This document shows, piece after piece, positions 44,277 through 52,203 of a stretch of 64,000 bases of DNA; within the stretch, counting starts at the first letter, position 1; every line of letters begins with the position of its first letter. A model generated the notes under the pieces. That model saw only the letters and a program-made list of their open reading frames with translations, had not been told where the DNA came from and searched no databases. The stretch is from positions 3,064-67,063 of the forward strand of contig JAISHQ010000091.1 of assembly GCA_031262465.1 (NCBI GenBank), given 5' to 3'. Position numbers and translations under genes: made by a program. Origin of the DNA: Rikenellaceae bacterium. Lineage in GTDB: Bacteria; Bacteroidota; Bacteroidia; Bacteroidales; Rikenellaceae.

Positions 44277-46517
44277 ATGAACAAAACGATCAGAAAAGCA
44301 GTTTTGCTCTGCCTCTCCCTCTGCTGTGGCGTGGCGCTGTCGGCCAACGACGGCTCTTCGCTGTGGTTGGACTATCAGCCCCTTTCGGCTCAAGAGAGCC
44401 AAAAAGCTGAATATACGGCACGGCTGACGGCCATTTCGTACCAAACCGACACCCCGACCATTCAGGCGGCCATCGAGGAGCTTCAATTGGCCTCAGAGGC
44501 CTTGCTTGCACACGCCCCGCAGGCCGTGCGGAGCAACCGGAGCCGTCCGGGCGAAGCGGTGCTGGCCTTCGGGCGCGACCGGGCGATCGGCCAACTGAAA
44601 GCCACCGAGACTCTGTCCGCGCTGGGCGAGGACGGTTACCTGATCCGTTCGGCTGACGACCGCACCTATATTTTGGCCAACAGCGACAAAGGGGTGCTCT
44701 ACGGGGCGTTTCACCTGATCCGCCTGATGCAGACCCGGCAGGACATCTCGGCACTCAACCTCGCCGAAAGTCCCGCTTACGATGCCCGCATCCTGAACCA
44801 TTGGGACAACCTCGACCGCAGTGTCGAACGGGGGTATGCCGGAGCTTCAATTTGGGAGTGGGAAGCGTTGCCGGGCACCGTTTCCGACCGCTATAAAATG
44901 TATGCCCGAGCCAATGCCGCTGTCGGCATCAACGGGAGCGTGTTGAACAACGTCAACGCCAACGCCAATTTCATCACCCCGGCCTATTTGGAAAAAATCA
45001 AGGTCTTAGCCGATATTTTTCGTCCTTACGGCATCCGGGTCTACCTCTCGATCAACTTCAACTCGCCGCAAAGCATCGGGGGCCTCGATACTTCCGACCC
45101 GTTAGATCCTCGTGTACGCGGGTGGTGGAAAGATAAAGCCAAAGAGATTTACGGCTACATCCCCGATTTCGGTGGCTTTTTGGTCAAAGCCAACTCCGAG
45201 GGGCAACCCGGCCCGCAGGATTACGGGCGCACCCACGTCGACGGAGCCAATATGTTGGCCGAGGCGCTGAAGCCTTACGGCGGCCTGATTATGTGGCGCG
45301 CATTTGTTTATACGGTCAATGCGACCGACCCGAGTTACGACCGCGCCATGCAGTCCTATTTGGAGTTTGTGCCGCTCGATGGTCAATTTGCTGATAATGT
45401 GATTGTGCAGGTCAAAAACGGGCCGATCGACTTCCAACCCCGCGAGCCGATCAACTCGCTCTTCGGCGCGATGAAAGAGACTCCGTTGATGATCGAGTTT
45501 CAGATTACGCAGGAGTACCTCGGCCACTCGATTCAGTTGGCTTATCTGGCCCCCATGTACAAGGAGACGCTCGATCAAGACACCTATTGCGCCGGGCCGG
45601 GTTCTACGGTGGCCAAGGTGACCGACGGCGGAGTCTATCCGATTCCTGTTTCGGCCATTGCGGGGGTCGCCAACACGGGAACCGACGCGAATTGGACGGG
45701 GCACATCTTTGCCCAATCCAATTGGTATGGCTTTGGCCGTCTAGCGTGGAACCCCGAGCTGACCAGCGACGCGATCGCCGACGAATGGATTCGGATGACC
45801 TTTACCAACGACCCCGAGTTTGTCGCTCCGGTCAAGGGAATCATGATGGCCTCGCACGAGGCGGCAGTCAACTATATGCAACCGCTTGGTTTACACCATA
45901 TTTTTGCCGGGAATCACCACTATGGCCCCGGGGTATGGGAGCGGCTGAGCCAAACGACGGATCGCCCCGACTGGGTGCCGGAGTGGTACCACCGGGCCGA
46001 TTCGCTGGCGATTGGTTTCGACCGGACAACGGGCGGCACCGGCTACGTTTCGCAATATTTCTCCCCGCTCAAGGAGCTGTATAACAACATCGAGACCTGC
46101 CCGGAGAACCTGTTGCTCTTTTTCCATCGCGTCTCGTGGGATTACCGGATGAAAAATGGCCGCACGCTGTGGGACGAAATGTGTTACAAATACACCGAAG
46201 GCCTCGATGCCGTGCGCGGATTTCAAAAGGATTGGGATCGCCTCGAAGGGAAGATCGACCCCGAACGCTTCCGCCACGTACAGTATAAATTGCGCGAGCA
46301 GACGCGCGATGCGATTTGGTGGCGCGACGGGGTGTTGCTCTATTTCCAATCGCTCAACCACAAGCCGATCCCTTATGAATTGGAACGGCCCATCAATACG
46401 CTGGAACTGCTGATGAGATACCGCATACCGGGTGGCAATTCGTCGGTTGCTCCGGGAGCGCGCCCGCTTGTGATGCCCACCTCGCCGATGGCTCCGGGAG
46501 TTCCCACAACCAACTGA
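44277..46517 (+). CDS. Alpha-glucuronidase, glycoside hydrolase family 67
   Basis: 746 aa with a signal peptide. NDGSSLWLDYQP N-terminal pattern and ARILNHWDNLDRSVERGYAGASIW, both characteristic of GH67 AguA-type enzymes. Confidence 0.9.
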   Translation: MNKTIRKAVLLCLSLCCGVALSANDGSSLWLDYQPLSAQESQKAEYTARLTAISYQTDTPTIQAAIEELQLASEALLAHAPQAVRSNRSRPGEAVLAFGRDRAIGQLKATETLSALGEDGYLIRSADDRTYILANSDKGVLYGAFHLIRLMQTRQDISALNLAESPAYDARILNHWDNLDRSVERGYAGASIWEWEALPGTVSDRYKMYARANAAVGINGSVLNNVNANANFITPAYLEKIKVLADIFRPYGIRVYLSINFNSPQSIGGLDTSDPLDPRVRGWWKDKAKEIYGYIPDFGGFLVKANSEGQPGPQDYGRTHVDGANMLAEALKPYGGLIMWRAFVYTVNATDPSYDRAMQSYLEFVPLDGQFADNVIVQVKNGPIDFQPREPINSLFGAMKETPLMIEFQITQEYLGHSIQLAYLAPMYKETLDQDTYCAGPGSTVAKVTDGGVYPIPVSAIAGVANTGTDANWTGHIFAQSNWYGFGRLAWNPELTSDAIADEWIRMTFTNDPEFVAPVKGIMMASHEAAVNYMQPLGLHHIFAGNHHYGPGVWERLSQTTDRPDWVPEWYHRADSLAIGFDRTTGGTGYVSQYFSPLKELYNNIETCPENLLLFFHRVSWDYRMKNGRTLWDEMCYKYTEGLDAVRGFQKDWDRLEGKIDPERFRHVQYKLREQTRDAIWWRDGVLLYFQSLNHKPIPYELERPINTLELLMRYRIPGGNSSVAPGARPLVMPTSPMAPGVPTTN

Positions 46518-46566
46518 TAAATAAAAACTAACGACATAAAAACAACCAACCCTAAGATTTTAACAG

Positions 46567-47994
46567 ATGAGACAACTTATTAAGACCGCACCCTTAATTC
46601 TTCTTCTTCTTACCACCATGTGTAAAAAACCGGCAGAACCCCCGACCCCGAACTCGGACGAGGAGGTTGTTGTCCCCACAGAACCCACAGAACCCACAGA
46701 ACCAACAGAGCCGACTGAACCGACGGAACCGACAGAGCCGTCAGAGCCGTCAGAACCAGCGGAACCGACTGAACCCACGCTGAAAACGGGCGACGATGCC
46801 TTAGAGCCGTGGACGAAAGGGGCGCGCGAAACGGGCGAGTACCGCAACCTGCTCAAGGAGGCGGGCTATACCGATGCCCAAATTCAGGCGAAATTCGACG
46901 AAATTTGGTACACGATCTTCGAGGGGCCGGATCGCGCTTACGAGGAGGTCGGCAGTGATATGGCCTACCTGTCCGACGTGAAGAACGGCGACGTTCGCAC
47001 CGAGGGGATGTCTTATGGGATGATGATCGCTGTGCAGTTCGACAAAAAGGATATGTTCGACCGCCTCTGGCGTTGGGCCGTGAAGTATATGCAGATCAAG
47101 GACGGGCCGTCGAAAGGCTATTTCTCTTGGCAAGTTCGGCCCGACGGATCGGCCATGGGCTGGTGGGGGCAACCTGCGGGGCCTGCCTCCGACGGAGAGC
47201 TTTACTATGTGACCGCCCTGCTCTTTGCCTCGAACCGCTGGGGCAACGACACGGGGATCGACTACAAAAAAGAGGCTAAATACATCCTCGATGCCATGTT
47301 CAGCAAGACGGGCGAAGGCGATATCCACAACATCTTCAACGAAGAACACCACCTGATTACCTTTGTCCCGAACGGCGAAGGCTCGCGGTACACCGACGTT
47401 TCGTACAACCTGCCCGCTTTCATGGAGATTTGGGCGGAGTTTGCCGATGATGGCCGGGAAGATTTTTGGAACACGGCGGCCACTGCCGCCCGCGAGTACC
47501 TGCACAAGGCGACCGACCCGGTGACGGGCATCAACCCCGACCTGACCGAATTTGACGGTCGGCAATACGGCGACCGCCTCTTCTTCTACGACTCGTGGCG
47601 GGTGCCGATGAACATCGCGATGGATTACAGCTGGTACAACAAAGACGCCACGTGGCAACAGGGCTATGCCAACCGTTTCCAAAAAACGCTTGCCGACCGC
47701 TATGGCGTGGCCAATTACCCGGATCAACTCGCACTCGACGGCAGTGAACCGAGCTGGCACTATGGGGCGGGCGGTTTCATGACCTTGCGCCACTCGATCG
47801 GCTTTACGGGGGCTATGGCCTCGGCCTCGCTGATGGCCACCCGACCCTTAGGTTGGGAATTTATCCACGATATGTTCGCCCAAAAGTTGGAACGCTATGA
47901 AGACGGTTACATCGACACCTATTATGATGGCCTGATCTACCTCTTTGCGCTGATGCACCTGAGCGGACGGTATCAAATTATTTTACCTGAATAA
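46567..47994 (+). CDS. Glycoside hydrolase family 8 (reducing-end xylose-releasing exo-oligoxylanase-like), lipoprotein form with a Pro-Thr-Glu linker
   Basis: 475 aa. SpII-type signal LLLLTTMC, then an 11-unit (P-T/S/A-E) linker, then a GH8 catalytic domain (DVRTEGMSYGMMIAVQFDKK, SDGELYYVTALLFASNRWG, FYDSWRVPMNIAMDYSW). Confidence 0.85.
   Translation: MRQLIKTAPLILLLLTTMCKKPAEPPTPNSDEEVVVPTEPTEPTEPTEPTEPTEPTEPSEPSEPAEPTEPTLKTGDDALEPWTKGARETGEYRNLLKEAGYTDAQIQAKFDEIWYTIFEGPDRAYEEVGSDMAYLSDVKNGDVRTEGMSYGMMIAVQFDKKDMFDRLWRWAVKYMQIKDGPSKGYFSWQVRPDGSAMGWWGQPAGPASDGELYYVTALLFASNRWGNDTGIDYKKEAKYILDAMFSKTGEGDIHNIFNEEHHLITFVPNGEGSRYTDVSYNLPAFMEIWAEFADDGREDFWNTAATAAREYLHKATDPVTGINPDLTEFDGRQYGDRLFFYDSWRVPMNIAMDYSWYNKDATWQQGYANRFQKTLADRYGVANYPDQLALDGSEPSWHYGAGGFMTLRHSIGFTGAMASASLMATRPLGWEFIHDMFAQKLERYEDGYIDTYYDGLIYLFALMHLSGRYQIILPE
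46675..46770 (+). repeat. 9-bp coding tandem repeat (about 11 units) encoding (Pro-Thr/Ser/Ala-Glu)n
   Basis: CCCACAGAA x3, then CCAACAGAG, CCGACTGAA, CCGACGGAA, CCGACAGAG, CCGTCAGAG, CCGTCAGAA, CCAGCGGAA, CCGACTGAA. Read directly. Confidence 0.9.
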
Positions 47995-48024
47995 AGAACA
48001 CTTCTTAAAATTCTATTTTGACCC

Positions 48025-49308
48025 ATGAAACAACTGATTACAACCCTCTCCTTGATCCTTTTGCTTTCTGCCACAGCGAGCAACCTCTCGGCACAACCCC
48101 TGAAAACAGCGGACGATGCACTGACCCCGTGGACGAAAGGGGCGCGCGAAACCGGCCGGTACCGCAACCTGCTCAAGGAGGCGGGCTATTCCGATGCCCA
48201 AATTCAGGCGAAGATCGACGAAATTTGGTACACGATCTACGAAGGGCCGGATCGCGCTTACGAGGAGGTCGGCGACAGCATGGCCTATTTGGCCGACGTG
48301 AAAAACAACGACGTTCGCACCGAGGGGATGTCCTACGGGATGATGATCGCTGTGCAGTTCGACAAAAAAGAGATGTTCGACCGCCTTTGGCGTTGGGCGG
48401 TGAAGTATATGCTGAACACCGAGGGGCCGTCGAAAGGCTATTTCGCTTGGCACGCTCGACCGGACGGATCGCAAGTCGGCCGGTTTAAGCCGGGGCCTGC
48501 CTCCGACGGGGAGCTTTACTATGTGACTGCTCTGCTCTTTGCCTCGAACCGTTGGGGCGACGATACGGGGATCAACTACAAAAAAGAGGCTCAAAACATC
48601 CTCAATGCCATGTTCAGCAAGACGGGCGAAGGGGGGATTCACAACATTTTCAACGAAGAGCACCACCTGATTACCTTCACTCCGGACGGCAACGGTTGGC
48701 AGTACACCGATGTTTCGTACAACCTGCCCGCCTTCATGGAAATTTGGGCGGAGTTTGCCGACGATGGCCGGGCCGATTTTTGGCGGCAGGCGGCCACCGC
48801 CGCCCGCGAGTACCTGCACAAGGCGACCGACCCGGTGACGGGTATCAACCCCGACCTGACCACCTTCGAGGGCGAGCCTTATGGCAACCGCCTCTTCTTC
48901 TACGACTCGTGGCGGGTGCCGATGAACATCGCGATGGATTACAGCTGGTATAACAAAGACGCCGAATGGCAACAGGGCTATGCCAATCGTTTCCAAAAGA
49001 CGCTCGCCGACCGCTATGGCGTGGCCAATTACCCCGATCAGCTCGCTCTGGACGGCAGTGAACCGAGCTGGTTCTTCGGCGCGGGCGGTTTCAATACCCT
49101 GCGCCACTCGATCGGCTTTACGGGCACCATGGCTTCGACCTCGCTGATGGCCACCCAACCGTTGGGCTGGGAATTTATCCACGATATGTTCGCCCAAAAG
49201 TTGGAACGCTATGAAGACGGTTACATCGACACCTATTACGATGGCCTGATCTACCTCTTCGCGCTGATGCACTTGAGCGGACGGTATCAAATCATACTGC
49301 CACAATAA
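48025..49308 (+). CDS. Glycoside hydrolase family 8, tandem paralogue with an SpI-type signal and no linker
   Basis: 427 aa. Collinear with 46567..47994 and identical at most positions from LKT(G/A)DDAL onward. Its signal peptide MKQLITTLSLILLLSATASNLSAQ has no lipobox Cys. Confidence 0.85.
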   Translation: MKQLITTLSLILLLSATASNLSAQPLKTADDALTPWTKGARETGRYRNLLKEAGYSDAQIQAKIDEIWYTIYEGPDRAYEEVGDSMAYLADVKNNDVRTEGMSYGMMIAVQFDKKEMFDRLWRWAVKYMLNTEGPSKGYFAWHARPDGSQVGRFKPGPASDGELYYVTALLFASNRWGDDTGINYKKEAQNILNAMFSKTGEGGIHNIFNEEHHLITFTPDGNGWQYTDVSYNLPAFMEIWAEFADDGRADFWRQAATAAREYLHKATDPVTGINPDLTTFEGEPYGNRLFFYDSWRVPMNIAMDYSWYNKDAEWQQGYANRFQKTLADRYGVANYPDQLALDGSEPSWFFGAGGFNTLRHSIGFTGTMASTSLMATQPLGWEFIHDMFAQKLERYEDGYIDTYYDGLIYLFALMHLSGRYQIILPQ

Positions 49309-49360
49309 ACTCACAATCACTCTTATATTACATTTTGTTGTTTTTAAACTATTTATCACG

Positions 49361-51991
49361 ATGAAAAAAATGTTACTCTTTGTGCTGTTGGCATCGGTGG
49401 TCGGCCTTTTTGGTCGATGCACGCAGACCCAGTACGAGTATCCGTTCCAAAATCCGAAGCTCTCGACCGAGGAACGGGTCGAAAACCTGCTCTCCCTGCT
49501 GACCTTAGAAGAAAAGGTAGGCATGATGATGGACGTTTCCAAACCCGTTGAACGGTTGGGTATCCCGGCCTACGACTGGTGGAACGAAGCGTTGCACGGC
49601 GTGGCTCGCGCCGGACTGGCCACGGTCTTTCCGCAGGCGATCGGGATGGCCGCCACGTGGAACGAGGCCGGACACCAACAGACGTTCGACATCATTTCGG
49701 ACGAGGCCCGCGCCAAATACAATCAGGCGCAACGCGAAGGAAATACCAGCCGCTATTACGGCCTTTCGTTCTGGACTCCGAACGTCAATATCTTCCGCGA
49801 CCCGCGTTGGGGACGGGGACAGGAGACCTATGGGGAAGACCCCTTCCTGACCTCCCGCTTAGGTGTTGCCGCCGTGTTGGGGCTTCAGGGCAACGACAAG
49901 AAATACTTTAAATCACACGCCTGTGCCAAGCACTATGCCGTTCACAGCGGGCCGGAGGGCAACCGCCACTCCTACAACGCCATCTCTTCGGGGCGCGACC
50001 TGTGGGAAACCTACCTGCCGGCTTTCGATGCGCTGATCCACGAGGCCAACGTGCAGGAAGTAATGTGTGCCTACAACGCCTTTGAAGGGCAACCCTGTTG
50101 CGGCAACGACATCCTGTTGACCGACATTCTCCGCGAAAAATGGGGGTACACGGCCATGGTTGTTTCGGACTGCTGGGCGATCAACGACTTCTTCCAAGTG
50201 GGTCACCACGAAACCCACGCCGATGCGGCCGAAGCCTCTGCCGACGCGGTACTTCACGGAACCGATGTGGAATGCGGCAGTGCCTATGAAGCGCTGATTC
50301 AAGCGGTTGCGGACGGTCAGATCACCGAAGAGCAGATCAACGTGTCGATGCGTCGCGTCCTGCGCGGTTGGTTTGAATTGGGTATGCTCGATCCGGAAGA
50401 CCTGACCCCGTGGGCCAAATTGCCCTATTCGATCGTGGCTTCCGAGAAACACCGCGCCAAAGCGTTGCAGGTGGCTCGCGAGTCGATGACCCTGCTCAAA
50501 AACAGCAACGGGGTACTCCCGCTGAGCAAAGAGATTAAGAAGATCGCCGTGATCGGAGCCAATGCCGACGACAGCACCATGCTCTGGGGTAACTACAACG
50601 GAACTCCGGCCTCGACGGTGACCATTCTCGAAGGCATTCAGGCCAAATTACCCAATGCCGAAGTGATCTACGAACGCGGTGCCGACTTAGTTGACCCGTG
50701 GGTGAGAACCTCGCTCTATGAAAACTTCCAGAGCGGAGAGGCCAAAGGGATGAAGGTCGATTTCTACAACACGACCGACTTCTCCGGCGCGCCGGTGACC
50801 GTCATCAACAGCGAAGGCATCAACTACAACAACGCCGGTGCCGCGTTGGCCGAAGGGGTGAACCGCGAAAATACCTCGACCCGCATCGCCGGAACGTTCA
50901 AGGCTCCTTACACGGGACAGGTTGTCTTCTCCGTGCGCGCTTCGGACGGTTATAAACTCAACATCAACGGTCGTCAGGCGTTGGCCTTGACCGGTCGTGC
51001 GGCCAGCACCCCGACCGAATACGCGCTCGACGTGGTTGCCGGTCAAAACTACAACGTCGTGCTCGATCACACCCAGACCGGTCGTCGGGTGAGCATCGAA
51101 ATGCAGGTCTACAAAAAGGAACCGATCGAGTTCTCCGCTTTGGTGGCCAAACTCACCGACGTGGACGCTATCGTTTACGTGGGCGGCCTTTCGCCCCGTT
51201 TGGAAGGGGAAGAGATGCCGGTGACGGCTGAAGGATTCCAGTCCGGCGACAAAATCTCGATCGACCTGCCGCGCGTACAACGCCAACTGTTGGCCGACCT
51301 CAAATCGACCGGCAAACCGGTGGTCTTTGTGCTCTGCACCGGCAGCTCGCTGGCGTTGGAACAGGACGAAATGAATTACGATGCCCTGCTTTGCGCCTGG
51401 TATGGTGGCGAAGCGGCCGGTACGGCGGTGGCCGACGTGCTCTTTGGCGATTACAACCCGGCGGGTCGTCTGCCGGTGACGTTCTACAAGACCCTCGCTC
51501 AATTGGACAATGCGTTGGCCAAAACCGACGATCCGGCGCGTCAGGGCTTTGAAAACTACGACATGACGGGCCGCACCTACCGTTACATGACCGAAGCTCC
51601 GCTCTATCCCTTCGGACACGGCTTGAGCTATTCGACCTTCGCTTATGGCGATGCGAAATTGGATGCCCAAACGATCTCGACCGGCAACGGAACCCACATC
51701 ACGATTCCGGTGACCAATAGCTCCGACATCGCTGGCGACGAAGTGGTTCAGGTCTATGTGAAACGGAACAACGATCCGACCGCTCCGGTCAAGAACCTGC
51801 GCGCGTTCAAACGGGTTCACATCGAACCGGGCAAGACGCAAGAGATTACCTTGCAGATCGACCCCGCTTCGTTCGAGTTCTACGACGCGGCGGCTGACGG
51901 CTTAGTTGCCAAACCCGGCTCATACACGATCCTCTACGGCGGCACCTCCGCCGACGCCGGCCAAAAAAGCCTGAGCCTCACCGTTCAATAG
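49361..51991 (+). CDS. Glycoside hydrolase family 3 beta-xylosidase/beta-glucosidase with an inserted PA14-like domain
   Basis: 876 aa. GH3 motifs FPQAIGMAATWN, KHYAVHSGPE, and VVSDCWAI (nucleophile Asp region). There is an extra beta-sandwich segment between the (alpha/beta)6 domain and the C-terminal Fn3-like domain. Confidence 0.9.
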   Translation: MKKMLLFVLLASVVGLFGRCTQTQYEYPFQNPKLSTEERVENLLSLLTLEEKVGMMMDVSKPVERLGIPAYDWWNEALHGVARAGLATVFPQAIGMAATWNEAGHQQTFDIISDEARAKYNQAQREGNTSRYYGLSFWTPNVNIFRDPRWGRGQETYGEDPFLTSRLGVAAVLGLQGNDKKYFKSHACAKHYAVHSGPEGNRHSYNAISSGRDLWETYLPAFDALIHEANVQEVMCAYNAFEGQPCCGNDILLTDILREKWGYTAMVVSDCWAINDFFQVGHHETHADAAEASADAVLHGTDVECGSAYEALIQAVADGQITEEQINVSMRRVLRGWFELGMLDPEDLTPWAKLPYSIVASEKHRAKALQVARESMTLLKNSNGVLPLSKEIKKIAVIGANADDSTMLWGNYNGTPASTVTILEGIQAKLPNAEVIYERGADLVDPWVRTSLYENFQSGEAKGMKVDFYNTTDFSGAPVTVINSEGINYNNAGAALAEGVNRENTSTRIAGTFKAPYTGQVVFSVRASDGYKLNINGRQALALTGRAASTPTEYALDVVAGQNYNVVLDHTQTGRRVSIEMQVYKKEPIEFSALVAKLTDVDAIVYVGGLSPRLEGEEMPVTAEGFQSGDKISIDLPRVQRQLLADLKSTGKPVVFVLCTGSSLALEQDEMNYDALLCAWYGGEAAGTAVADVLFGDYNPAGRLPVTFYKTLAQLDNALAKTDDPARQGFENYDMTGRTYRYMTEAPLYPFGHGLSYSTFAYGDAKLDAQTISTGNGTHITIPVTNSSDIAGDEVVQVYVKRNNDPTAPVKNLRAFKRVHIEPGKTQEITLQIDPASFEFYDAAADGLVAKPGSYTILYGGTSADAGQKSLSLTVQ

Positions 51992-52033
51992 CCTGCCTAA
52001 AAAACAAGGGGCGAATTTCAGCCCCTATTACCA

Positions 52034-52074
52034 ATAGCGGCTGTCTCAATTTTGAGACAGCCGCTATTTTTTTT
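52034..52074 (+). terminator. Intrinsic terminator of the GH cluster
   Basis: ATAGCGGCTGTCTCAA-TT-TTGAGACAGCCGCTAT followed by T8, 43 nt after the GH3 stop. Confidence 0.75.
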
Positions 52075-52105
52075 GCATTTTTTTGCATAAAATTTTGTTT
52101 TTCCG

Positions 52106-52119
52106 TTTTTTTTTTTTTT
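52106..52119 (+). repeat. T14 homopolymer tract
   Basis: 14 consecutive T residues counted directly (52106..52119), 85 nt upstream of the ATG at 52204. Confidence 0.9.
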
Positions 52120-52203
52120 GATTTACAAGATTATTTGTAAAGATATTCTTGAGAGAATGGAATCCATATTGTAAAAAGAACTAAAAAACAAACTTAAACC
52201 AAT

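Noticed and set aside
48013-49542. A 509-aa minus-strand ORF, along with many other long ORFs antisense to confident genes: 196..738+, 1374..2117+, 5001..5696-, 5772..6728-, 33800..35231 set, 36688..37554-, 38219..39388+, 39484..40338+, 41608..42660+, 46801..47793-, 50687..51841-, 52408..53496-, 56364..56927+, 59304..60821+, 62190..63140-.
   Set aside because: They lie opposite genes with clear family motifs. Their translations are Arg/Gly/Pro/His-rich and low in complexity, as expected for shadow ORFs in GC-rich coding DNA, and they have no recognisable motifs.
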